From NCBI GenBank assembly GCA_045657465.1, contig JAZOTD010000036.1, positions 11,372-51,371 of the forward strand: a stretch of 40,000 nt of DNA, written 5' to 3'. Positions 15,001 to 23,304 of this stretch are shown here, piece by piece. How positions within the stretch are numbered: position 1 is the stretch's first letter; each line of letters opens with the position of its first letter. The notes beneath the pieces are model-generated. The model saw nothing but the letters and a program-made list of their open reading frames with translations. It made no database searches and was not told the DNA's origin. The position numbers and the translations under genes are program-made. This stretch comes from Clostridia bacterium. Lineage in GTDB: Bacteria; Bacillota; Clostridia; Christensenellales; UBA1242.

Positions 15001-18000
15001 ATTATATGTTCGTTTCAACAGATCTCAACTCTGCTTCTGCTGTTTCACTTAAGATGTATCTTGGTGACAAAACAAGCATCTTGGGTTCTAGATATGAAGA
15101 CAACAAAGACACAATCAAAACTGTTAGTGGCGTTGTTCTCTTTGATAACATTAGAGTTACAACAATTAACTACACAGACTTCACAAAACGCAGAGTTGAT
15201 GACAAAGACATCACCGTTGAAAAATATTTAGAAGAATCTGATTCTCCTGTTGTTCTTGACGTTGTTGTTGCAAACGATGATGCAAGATTCAACACAACAA
15301 ACGTGTTTGACAACAGAGCCAACTCAACTCTTGTTATTGGAGACAATGACAATTCAACAACTTGGGACGAAGGCAAAGATTTTGATGACATGTTCAACTT
15401 TGACGATATCTATAACACAAACAAAGATTCAAACGTGTTCACAGATATTCCTGATGTAACCGAAAAAACTGATGGCTACTCACCAAAAACTACAATGTGG
15501 TCATATTATATTGGCCGTGATGTTTCTGGTCTTGGCAACAGCAGAAAACTTGAACAATATCAAGAAGCCTATATGTCAGGCAACCTTTCAGTAAGTCTCG
15601 TTGATGAAGAAACAGAAATCAGCAAAACAATCACTCCTGTTGACAAAGACGAAGATAAGAAAGAAGAAGATAAAAAAGAAGAAGACAAAACTGAAAACAA
15701 AGAAACAATTGCTTCAACATTTAATCTAGCAAACCGTGCATTGAAACTTGAAAACACAAACAGTATTATTTCTCTTGGCATCACATCAAACGCATTTAAG
15801 ATTGAACAATTTAGATATTACAAAATTACAGTTTGGGTGTTTGCTCCAGACAAAGAAGCAACTGCTTCAATCACACTTAACTCTGTGGTTGAAACCGCAT
15901 CAACTCCAACTTATGGAACTCTTTTAACAAAGACAATTTCTCTTGATGCATGCTATGCTTCATACACAACAGCTCCAACAAACGAATATGGTTGGATTCC
16001 TTGTTCATTCTATATTGAAGGAAATGCACTTCATGACCAACTTTGCTATTTGGTTCTTTCAGCTGGAAAAGACTCAACTGTTTACTTCGACAATATCTCT
16101 GTTGAAAATGTTTCATCATCTGCTTATGACACAGTAAGTTCAGATTCAGACAACACAACAAATTACTTGTCACTCACCAACTCATCATCAGTTATTTCTA
16201 ATGGTATCACAAATGGTTACTTTAACAACATCACTTTCAAAAATGATTACAAAGAACCAGACATGACAACACCTAGAACTGCAAAGAGCTGGACTGTTGA
16301 CTCAAATAGTTCAAGTGCTGTGGTTGCAGGAGTTGTTCCAACAAACAAAACCTACACTTCGCTCACTGACAACTTCTATAAAAAATATAACAAAGATGGC
16401 GACGACGTAATCATTCCATATTCAAATGGATTTGATGAAAACAATTCATACAACAACGTGTTTGCAATTTATGCCCCTTCAACAATGAACAACCCTATTG
16501 AAGGCTCAACACAAACTGGCGTAAACACAACTAATATGTATAAGCTTTATTCTTCTTCAATTAGCTTGTCTGCAAACGGCGTTTATGAAATTTCATTTGA
16601 TTTCTTCAAAGGATATAACTTCACTGGATCAATGATTGCAAACCTTTATTATGGTTCAAAAGATTCAGCAAAAATTATTTCATCATTTAAAATTGATGCA
16701 AACAACCTTGATGAATATGCTTGGGAAACCTTCAAATTCTATGTTGCTTCGTCATACTCAACCGCAAGTGTATATCTTGAAATTGGTGTAACTGGTGCAA
16801 CTGGAACATGTTTCTTTAAAGATGCTCTCAAGGTAACATCTTCAAAATTACTCACCGATTTGCGTGACGAAATTATCAATGTAAATGAAAACTTGTCAGG
16901 CACAGCTGATATGTTTAACAAACAATCTCTTCAAAACTATAGATTTGTAGACTTTGCAATGTTATCATCATCAACTCACAGCCTTGAATTCAATAAACAA
17001 AACAACACATACAACGTTTCTGAATACAAGAACGAACTCATTAACACCAACAAATACACCGTTGGAAAATCTGGAGTTGCTGTTGCAACATTCTTCGCTG
17101 AGGAAGATTCAACAGTTACATATTCAGTAACAATCAACAAAATAACATATTATATTGGTGAAGATGCAAGTTCTGACACAGGCTATTCACTCTACAAATA
17201 TTCTTGCTGCTGTGAAGATGACAAAGTAACTGAAATCGACGGCTCACCTGTTGTAGTTGAAAACACCAAAAAAGTTGTTGTTGGAAAAGATGACAAAACA
17301 ACTGATTATGCATCAACCAAAACAGAAAAGAAAAACTATCTCTACACTTTTGAAAAAGATGTTGAAATCAATAATGTAATGATTCCAGCTACTGAACTTA
17401 CAAACAACTATTCAGATAGTGTCATGATTTTAGCTAACAGCTATTCAACAGATTTCATTTCACTCACACCTGCTTACACAACAACATTAAGCAAGACATC
17501 ATTCTATGTGTTGAAAATATATGTAAAAACAAGTGACTTTGCAGATGAAGACACTGGATTGAACATCAATATTGCTTCAATCTCAACTTCTTGGAAAAAC
17601 ATCAACACAACAATTCTTGATGAAGGAAAGGCTGATGAAAATGGATTCGTTTGCTATCAAGTAGGTATTAAAACAGCTGACAGTTCAATAGCAAGTTTTG
17701 GTGTAACCCTTTCTCTTGGTTCTGAAAAATCAACATGCAAAGGCTATGCAATCATTGCAGACATCGAACTTGAAAAATATGCAACTGAAGCAGACCTTGA
17801 ACACTACATCTCAACAGTTGAAGACGATGAAATCACCGTTAAAAAATATTACTCAAATGCAAAAGATGGTTCTTCTTCAAACACTTCAAATGAAAAGAAA
17901 GAAGACGCTGAAGAAGTTTCAAGATGGGCAACCTTCTTCTATATCTTCTCTTCACTTCTTTTAGCTTTGGTTCTTGGCATGGCACTTGTTGCTGTATTTG

Positions 18001-18149
18001 TTAAAAAACACCCTGTTAAACACAGAGTAAAAGCAACAAACGACCACGAAAAAGATATTGAACTTCTTAGACCTAAGAAATCAGACATCTTTGAACCAAC
18101 AAGCAAATCTTCAAATGAAGAAGATTCTGGAAACGATGGCATTTTGTAA
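12096..18149 (+). CDS. giant (2017 aa) repeat-containing surface protein with signal peptide, CBM-like modules and C-terminal TM anchor
   Basis: Uninterrupted 6 kb ORF. N-terminal signal (KKSILSAFLASVLAFSF...SNA). Asn/Thr/Ser/Tyr/Lys-rich ectodomain with internal repeats. C-terminal WATFFYIFSSLLLALVLGMALVAVFV followed by KKHPVKHRVK and a ~50-aa tail. Strong terminator directly after the stop. Confidence 0.9.
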   Translation: MKKLSKSYSKNKKSILSAFLASVLAFSFNYSPISMISNLVKTSNAYKSSSLQSYYGETTSTSESKVKAYYPEELAEYFSQSKTNFNIETYYNSRFDDLFKGYANDFLLSGKVPFVNPDGSDNPDAMTNYSTLVRNFLSNKKVSTLYEYFENNKTDIKADLNISDFRTYVEYFVSHEITWTISDAETGKIPAAFTTAPTKTYFYCSFANFLTNTQESVKSTDTNGFDNLPEDYTESQFYQFSLSYKRLKDAVDAEIVKTMAIYSYDGQTQSNTVAGIVAEGAPVSKEFYYKDNEYTPQNTPKVSYSQKTVNKVKNRIVYYFGTLPTLPSGYTRPDHLEELDINKFYENPLQYRLTLDDGLDDNEEYGYIPGINTFYKYESIPFATTKNQYDLYVVDDSVTDLEKTTYASLGITVLTSDDIDNDTQNAEDLQDLGISKADSKSYFKVPYDSTAEHGDIYFNQIFSFIASSATKNKVYKILEELQKIDAIHGLYLKYKNNADNIVYYDPALNGGKSKETFIADAKKEENGIYDHLVIEFDYNSLSAEEKESYCIIPTSFSGHNVGSYTLYFEKTKTFYQETNTTNYDGYVTKDTPVDPYEYSSHLIPTDSYKMADYGKEIFALVENKDTTAKVTIDSTEYFTVDQFELDKPENRNFYIEVPEYTYNKIYGANNRTYKLYFKHEAKATRQLYVVDDTKSASTNEVYKNLYYNVITSEELKLNKLNYVAVESTDANYNKNFKLYYRYDEDTKFSELFVQNEFRNTGSDDNSKHNANAVYIVDEDVKPDELAKYKVNLFNVVSTEEFNQNKHFYVLIQQGDENYNSQYTKLYYKYKTDTTKASEKVIYIYTSGKSDKYQTFYKNNAGYVASDYELIPSTDTENYVEGTNLYYKKKRVQSAVNKPQMTYYYYQNSSTVSLKANKYYAISFYVYTNGYYDEAKTMPIEASFYLSDSNGYVSNISLEHISSQGKWTKYYMFVSTDLNSASAVSLKMYLGDKTSILGSRYEDNKDTIKTVSGVVLFDNIRVTTINYTDFTKRRVDDKDITVEKYLEESDSPVVLDVVVANDDARFNTTNVFDNRANSTLVIGDNDNSTTWDEGKDFDDMFNFDDIYNTNKDSNVFTDIPDVTEKTDGYSPKTTMWSYYIGRDVSGLGNSRKLEQYQEAYMSGNLSVSLVDEETEISKTITPVDKDEDKKEEDKKEEDKTENKETIASTFNLANRALKLENTNSIISLGITSNAFKIEQFRYYKITVWVFAPDKEATASITLNSVVETASTPTYGTLLTKTISLDACYASYTTAPTNEYGWIPCSFYIEGNALHDQLCYLVLSAGKDSTVYFDNISVENVSSSAYDTVSSDSDNTTNYLSLTNSSSVISNGITNGYFNNITFKNDYKEPDMTTPRTAKSWTVDSNSSSAVVAGVVPTNKTYTSLTDNFYKKYNKDGDDVIIPYSNGFDENNSYNNVFAIYAPSTMNNPIEGSTQTGVNTTNMYKLYSSSISLSANGVYEISFDFFKGYNFTGSMIANLYYGSKDSAKIISSFKIDANNLDEYAWETFKFYVASSYSTASVYLEIGVTGATGTCFFKDALKVTSSKLLTDLRDEIINVNENLSGTADMFNKQSLQNYRFVDFAMLSSSTHSLEFNKQNNTYNVSEYKNELINTNKYTVGKSGVAVATFFAEEDSTVTYSVTINKITYYIGEDASSDTGYSLYKYSCCCEDDKVTEIDGSPVVVENTKKVVVGKDDKTTDYASTKTEKKNYLYTFEKDVEINNVMIPATELTNNYSDSVMILANSYSTDFISLTPAYTTTLSKTSFYVLKIYVKTSDFADEDTGLNINIASISTSWKNINTTILDEGKADENGFVCYQVGIKTADSSIASFGVTLSLGSEKSTCKGYAIIADIELEKYATEADLEHYISTVEDDEITVKKYYSNAKDGSSSNTSNEKKEDAEEVSRWATFFYIFSSLLLALVLGMALVAVFVKKHPVKHRVKATNDHEKDIELLRPKKSDIFEPTSKSSNEEDSGNDGIL

Positions 18150-18163
18150 TAACTACAAAAAAC

Positions 18164-18193
18164 AAAAAGAGAGACACTTGTCTCTCTTTTTTA
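18164..18193 (+). terminator. rho-independent terminator of the giant gene
   Basis: AGAGAGAC (18168-18175) pairs with GTCTCTCT (18180-18187), followed by TTTTTT. Confidence 0.8.
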
Positions 18194-18196
18194 TTC

Positions 18197-18227
18197 TCAA
18201 AAAAAGACGAGATTATTTCTCGTCTTT
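18197..18227 (-). terminator. terminator of the GNAT-type gene (stop codon in the loop)
   Basis: AGACGAG (18205-18211) pairs with CTCGTCT (18219-18225). On the minus strand it is followed by a T7 run. Confidence 0.65.
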
Positions 18228-19391
18228 TGCTTTTTTAGTTTTATTTTTTTCTGGTTTTGCATCTTCTGTTAATTTTTTGATATAACATGTTTTCTTTCTA
18301 ATAAGTTCTCTTTCAAACATTTCAAGAGAGCTGATAGCTCCTGTGTTTGTCTCTAACTGAACACCAGTTACACCAGTTTTAACGTTTGGCATTTGACACA
18401 CTCTATCAAAAAGCTTTTTGATGATAAATGCAGTAACTCCCAACTTTTGATATTCTTTTCTTACTGAAATGATTCCAAGTTCAATTTCTTCAGGTTTTCT
18501 AAGTGCTTTGAGCCAATGAATAAACCCAAATGGAAGTGCTCTTCCTTTAGATTTTCTCATTGCTTCTGCAAGTGATGGCCATGTTAAACCAAAACCAATA
18601 AGTTTGTCTTTTTTATCAAAAACCAAGCAAAGATATTTCTTTTTCAAAATAAGCTTAAACATTGATATAACTTGTTTTCTAAGTTCATCATTCATAGGCA
18701 TTGTGCCATAAAGTTCAGCAAATGACTCGTCCATCAAATCAAAGAAGTCGTCACCATGTTTTTTGATAAGCCCATTAAGAGTTTTGAACTCTTCCTCATG
18801 AAAACCATAGCGATTTTCAACAATATTTGCTATTCTGTCAACACGTGCATCCATCTTTTGTGGAAAATTAAATCTCCATTCAACCCATTTTGCATCTGGT
18901 GTGTAGCCACAGTTTTCAATATAAGTTTGATAATATGGATAGTTGTAGCTTGTGATATATGAACCACGGTGTTCAAAACCATAAACCATCAAACCTTCTC
19001 TTTCTAAATCATCATAACCAAGTGGACCATGAATATATTCCATACCATGTTCTCTTGCCCAGTCTTCAGCTGTTTGAAGCAATGCTTTTGCAACTTCTTC
19101 ATTTTCAATCACATCAAATCTTGAAAATCTAGCATACTTTGCATTATTTTTCTCATTGAATGGGTGCATTATAATACATGCAATTCTTCCAACAACTTTT
19201 CCATTCTCATCTTCTGCTAAGAAAAATGCTTGTTCACACTCTTTGTAGTGTGCATTTTTCTTGGTAACCATTTTATATTCATCCATTTCCATTGGTGGAA
19301 TATAATTTTTGCAATCTTTATAGAGATTGGTTGGAAATCTCACGAATCTTTTTAAATCTTTTCTTTTTGTAATTTTTCTAATAGTAAACAT
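18213..19391 (-). CDS. GNAT-superfamily acetyltransferase-like protein (392 aa)
   Basis: AGGAG RBS. ISVRKEYQKLGVTAFIIKKLF resembles the acetyl-CoA-binding motif A (Q/R-x-x-G-x-G/A). The size suggests two tandem domains. Specific substrate unknown. Confidence 0.6.
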   Translation of the reverse strand: MFTIRKITKRKDLKRFVRFPTNLYKDCKNYIPPMEMDEYKMVTKKNAHYKECEQAFFLAEDENGKVVGRIACIIMHPFNEKNNAKYARFSRFDVIENEEVAKALLQTAEDWAREHGMEYIHGPLGYDDLEREGLMVYGFEHRGSYITSYNYPYYQTYIENCGYTPDAKWVEWRFNFPQKMDARVDRIANIVENRYGFHEEEFKTLNGLIKKHGDDFFDLMDESFAELYGTMPMNDELRKQVISMFKLILKKKYLCLVFDKKDKLIGFGLTWPSLAEAMRKSKGRALPFGFIHWLKALRKPEEIELGIISVRKEYQKLGVTAFIIKKLFDRVCQMPNVKTGVTGVQLETNTGAISSLEMFERELIRKKTCYIKKLTEDAKPEKNKTKKAKDEK

Positions 19392-19540
19392 AACTTTCTC
19401 CTGCCTACATTATACTCCATTGCAAATTAATATACAATAAAACTAAAAAAGTTTGCAAATATTTTTGTATAGGTCAAAGTCAGTCAATATTTTTAAATAT
19501 CATTTTCATATTGCCAATTTGTTATTCATAAAATTTAATT

Positions 19541-21082
19541 ATGAATAGAATTTTTAAAGCAATGTTTTGCGTTACATTTTTTTCTGTTTGCACACGAGCT
19601 ATGGGGTTTTTGTTGAAAATTTATCTATCACGAGAGCTTGGAAGCACCCTTCTCGGCAGTTATCAAGTTGCCATGAGCATATTTGGTGTGTTGATGACAC
19701 TTGTTTCAAGTGGAATCCCTGTGGTTTTATCTCGCAATGTTTCTTATTTTTCAGGACAAAAAGATAAAAAAGCTATTGGTTCTCTGGTTTCGTCAGGGTT
19801 GATTTTAACAGGAATCATATGCTTTGTCGTTTCGTTAATTATTTTATTTTGCCCTAATCTCATGAATGCAATTTTTACATCAAACGCATCAACTGAAATG
19901 CTTCTTATATTACTCCCTGCACTAATCTCTAGCGCAATTTATGAAGTGATACGCGGTGCACTTTGGGGAGAAAAAGAATTTTTTGAAATCAGTTTTTCTG
20001 AATTTTTAGAACAAGTTGTTCGAATTGTTATTTTGGTTGTTTTCTTTAAAACAACGTTTTTAAATATGTCTCTAACAAACAAAACAGCTCTATCACTTTC
20101 GCTCGCCTGCATTCTCTCAACTTTGCACGTTTTAATTATATATTTCAAAAAAGGTGGAAAACTCTATAGTCCAAGAGCACAATTTAGATCTCTACTAAAA
20201 ACAAGCACTCCTATCACCGCAGTTAAAACAGCATCTTCAATTGTTTCATCAATCATAGCAATAATCATTCCGTTACGATTAATGAAATTTGGATATTCTT
20301 CAAACGAAGCTCTTTCAGAATTTGGAATCATCATGGGCATGACATTTCCTTTAATTATGATTCCATCCACGCTAATCGGTTCTCTTGCGGTAACCCTCAT
20401 TCCTTCAATAAGCGAACAATCAAACGATATTGACAGCGGAAACCTAAAAGACACATCAGCTCTCAAATCAAAAATAAACTTCGCACTGAAAATCACTATT
20501 CTCTTTTCAACGATCTTACTTTCAACATTCGTTGCATTAGGCATTCCGCTATGTGAATTTATTTATAAAAACTCAACCGCCGGAACCTATCTTTGTTTTT
20601 CTGCACTTGCAATGCTTCCACTAGGCATATCTCAAATCACATCATCTATTTTAAATGCTGTCGGTCTTGAAATGAAATCTCTCAAAAACTATGCCATTTC
20701 TGCGGGGCTTCTCATAATAAGCATCTACTTCTTGCCAGCGTATATCGGCACATATTCCTTAATTGTTGGATACTTGTTAATGTCTATTACAGCATCTATA
20801 TTAAATCTTCGTATGCTTTCAAAACGAAACCTAGTGAGCCTAAACTTTTCAAAAACAATTTTCTCAATGCTTGCAATAGCCATGTTGTCAACACTTCTCA
20901 CATCTTCAGTCTATCACTTATTTGACAGCTTCAGTTTGATTGTTTCACTCATACTTGGTGTTTTAACCAGTCTGTCTTCAACCGCAGTTTTAATTTATGT
21001 CTTTAACATTGCCAACGTAAAGGTTCTTATATTTAGAAACTTTAAGAAAAAATCTAAAGTATGTTCTCTACAGAAATCTTAA
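19541..21082 (+). CDS. SpoVB/MurJ-like MOP-superfamily flippase
   Basis: 513 aa, polytopic. RAMGFLLKIYLSRELGSTLLGSYQVA...SSGIPVVLSR and EVIRGALWGEKEFF..SFSEFLEQVVRIV are collinear with B. subtilis SpoVB (RMLGFVNRVVIARFIG.., SVLRGYFQGKQNM.., QVLEQVVRIS). No obvious SD. Confidence 0.75.
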   Translation: MNRIFKAMFCVTFFSVCTRAMGFLLKIYLSRELGSTLLGSYQVAMSIFGVLMTLVSSGIPVVLSRNVSYFSGQKDKKAIGSLVSSGLILTGIICFVVSLIILFCPNLMNAIFTSNASTEMLLILLPALISSAIYEVIRGALWGEKEFFEISFSEFLEQVVRIVILVVFFKTTFLNMSLTNKTALSLSLACILSTLHVLIIYFKKGGKLYSPRAQFRSLLKTSTPITAVKTASSIVSSIIAIIIPLRLMKFGYSSNEALSEFGIIMGMTFPLIMIPSTLIGSLAVTLIPSISEQSNDIDSGNLKDTSALKSKINFALKITILFSTILLSTFVALGIPLCEFIYKNSTAGTYLCFSALAMLPLGISQITSSILNAVGLEMKSLKNYAISAGLLIISIYFLPAYIGTYSLIVGYLLMSITASILNLRMLSKRNLVSLNFSKTIFSMLAIAMLSTLLTSSVYHLFDSFSLIVSLILGVLTSLSSTAVLIYVFNIANVKVLIFRNFKKKSKVCSLQKS

Positions 21083-21449
21083 AATCGTCTAAATAATGTG
21101 CAACATAATCAATTGCTGAAGCACACTCCGCATATGCTTCAGTATAATCATTCTGTTCAACATAAACCGCAATGCGCGCAAAAGTAATTTCAACATCTTT
21201 GACACCGCTGTGCCAAATTAAACACTTAAGCACTTTTAACTTATCAGTCCATTCTTCATGCAATGCATAACTTTTTTCTATTAATTCTTCAGTGTCAATC
21301 TTGTCTTTATTTTCTGCGAGTTCAATTTGCAACGACTCAAGTGAATTAATAAGCCACTTTAATGAACTTTGAGTGTATCTTGTTTCAAAAATTCCACCAA
21401 CCACCAATACAACAGCTATGCATAATATAACAACCCAACGTCTCACCAA
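21054..21449 (-). CDS. DUF4363-like small membrane-anchored protein
   Basis: N-terminal TM helix followed by a helical domain (ALHEEWTDKLKVLKCLIWHSGVKDVEITFARI). It pairs with an upstream DUF421 gene, which is the usual arrangement. The start overlaps the upstream stop (TTGGTGA). Confidence 0.6.
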   Translation of the reverse strand: MVRRWVVILCIAVVLVVGGIFETRYTQSSLKWLINSLESLQIELAENKDKIDTEELIEKSYALHEEWTDKLKVLKCLIWHSGVKDVEITFARIAVYVEQNDYTEAYAECASAIDYVAHYLDDFKISVENIL

Positions 21450-22165
21450 TTTCCATCTCCTTTATAATCAGTTTGAAACGAAAGACACACAGTGGCCCCT
21501 TTGTCTTGAATAAACACCTCACCATTAGAGTCTAATGTTAAAATCAAAACTTCTTTTTCATTTTTTATCTGTGAACGCTCAACGCAGTCATAAACAAACT
21601 GGTTGTCAACACCAGCAATCAACATATTCTCTTTCATTAACTTTCCGTCCATAACCAAATTGATTGGTAAAGAGTTTTGACTGACTTTGACTTTTAAGTC
21701 ATCTCGTGTAGCTTGCTCCGCTTCTGCTTTTTTAATTACACTTAAATTTCCGTTCGTTTCAATAATTGCATACAAGACTTCAGATAGATTAAACACACTG
21801 CAACCCCTAACAAGCTCCATTAAATCATCAAGTGTCATGTTTAATGCTTTTAGTTGATTATAATCAATACCCTTTGGGCTCATAACAATCACGGGCTTGC
21901 CAGTGAGCAAATATCTAAGCCCCATAAACTTTCTAGACAAAAAACATATTAAAAAATGAACAATCAACAGCGTCAAGATTGGCACAACACCATGCAACAA
22001 CGGAACAGACAATTCCGCCATTGGAATACACGCTAAATCAGCAATTATAAGTGTAACCACAAATTCGAATGGTTGCATTTCACCAATTTGCCTTTTACCC
22101 ATCAGTCTAATAACAGCAAAACAGCAAACATAAATAATAACAGATCTTAAAAGCATTATAACCAT
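21443..22165 (-). CDS. DUF421 (YetF-like) membrane protein
   Basis: IRLMGKRQIGEMQPFEFVVTLIIADLA matches the R-x-x-GKR-x(3)-q-x(2)-fDfv signature of the DUF421/YetF family. Confidence 0.7.
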   Translation of the reverse strand: MVIMLLRSVIIYVCCFAVIRLMGKRQIGEMQPFEFVVTLIIADLACIPMAELSVPLLHGVVPILTLLIVHFLICFLSRKFMGLRYLLTGKPVIVMSPKGIDYNQLKALNMTLDDLMELVRGCSVFNLSEVLYAIIETNGNLSVIKKAEAEQATRDDLKVKVSQNSLPINLVMDGKLMKENMLIAGVDNQFVYDCVERSQIKNEKEVLILTLDSNGEVFIQDKGATVCLSFQTDYKGDGNW

Positions 22166-22187
22166 ATATTAATTATGATTTTTTTGC

Positions 22188-22220
22188 AAAAAAAAATACA
22201 TACCACATGGTATGTATTTT
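22188..22220 (-). terminator. rho-independent terminator after the 335-aa gene
   Basis: ATACATACC (22196-22204) pairs with GGTATGTAT (22209-22217). On the minus strand it is followed by a T9 run. Confidence 0.75.
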
Positions 22221-22227
22221 TTATAAC

Positions 22228-23235
22228 CTAAATATTTTTTACAACTTTGTAATGTATGCTAATATCAGCATTTGTGTCGCCTTTTTGATAGAAAATTCTC
22301 ATTGTATCTGCACCAGTAAGATCTTTTGTGTAAAGTGAATTGCTAGCTACCATTTCATCACACACATGAACAAATACTTCTGTTAAAAAGTCATCATTGA
22401 ATGTAAGTTTAAGCAAAATCACTTGCTCACTTGTTTCGATATTTTCATTTTGTTTGAAGATAACAACATTTCCGTCTTTACGTGATGCATTAACATATTT
22501 AAGTTCAACTTGACTGCTTTGTATTCTTCTATAAAAATCAGACTTCATTTCATAATGTGTGAATGTGCTGATTGTTTTGCTTTTTTCAAGACCAGTTGAT
22601 TCATCAATTTCGATTTTTGTTTGTTTGTAAGCCACACTGCCGTTTTTGTTATAATCAGCTTTGATTGCAAGTGTGTTTGACTTGCTTCCAAGTCTAACTG
22701 TTAATGTGTCACCAACAATCTTGTAATTATAAGATTTGTCATAACTTCCGTCGTGCATCAAATAGCTTCCGCCATCATCTTTGTAATAATAATCACATTC
22801 GCCATTTGATCTTATATAAACCATTTGATTTGAAGACTTGCTATCAAATGTTGAAACTATAGGGGTTCCACCAACAACAATCTTTTCTGTTTCACTAACA
22901 TAATACATTCCAGCTTCGATAACATCATAATCAACTTCAATCACTTGTGATTTATAAGTGATTTTCATTGTTCCATGAGTTTTTAATGATGTTGAAAAGT
23001 TAGAAATTTTAACATTTTTGTTATCTAAATCAATCATTTTGATGTTGCCATTTTTATAAGTAACCTTAATTTTAGCATCTTCAAAATCAATATCTTGACC
23101 TGCAACATACAATGTTTGCATAGTTCCTTCAATCTTTGCACTTGCAATGCTCTTTGAATTAAATATTAAAAAACCAAGACCCACAATACCCGCAATTAAA
23201 ACGACCGACAAAATAATCATTATAATCTTTTTCAT
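22228..23235 (-). CDS. membrane-anchored extracytoplasmic protein, unknown function
   Basis: AAAGGAG RBS. N-terminal KKIIMIILSVVLIAGIVGLGFLIF anchor, then a beta-rich-looking sequence. No family recognised. Confidence 0.6.
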   Translation of the reverse strand: MKKIIMIILSVVLIAGIVGLGFLIFNSKSIASAKIEGTMQTLYVAGQDIDFEDAKIKVTYKNGNIKMIDLDNKNVKISNFSTSLKTHGTMKITYKSQVIEVDYDVIEAGMYYVSETEKIVVGGTPIVSTFDSKSSNQMVYIRSNGECDYYYKDDGGSYLMHDGSYDKSYNYKIVGDTLTVRLGSKSNTLAIKADYNKNGSVAYKQTKIEIDESTGLEKSKTISTFTHYEMKSDFYRRIQSSQVELKYVNASRKDGNVVIFKQNENIETSEQVILLKLTFNDDFLTEVFVHVCDEMVASNSLYTKDLTGADTMRIFYQKGDTNADISIHYKVVKNI

Positions 23236-23304
23236 ATGTGTCTCCTTTGTTTAATTAGTTATATTATAAGAACATTATAACATAGATAATTCAATATTTC
23301 AAGA

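Noticed and set aside
15640-15705. GAAGA/AAAGA-rich repetitive stretch (encodes DKDEDKKEEDKKEEDKTENKE). I considered a tandem DNA repeat or slippage-prone phase-variation site.
   Set aside because: The repeat units are imperfect and in frame. It reads as a charged interdomain linker, not a microsatellite. No unit is repeated exactly more than twice.
12742-17964. About a dozen 60-126-aa plus-strand ORFs (e.g. 14851-15231, 13957-14241, 15943-16137) and several minus-strand ORFs inside the giant gene.
   Set aside because: All lie in alternative frames of one uninterrupted 6-kb ORF. Their Gln/Thr/Lys/Leu-rich translations are the expected by-product of the A/C-rich, stop-poor codon composition of the main frame. 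None has an SD.
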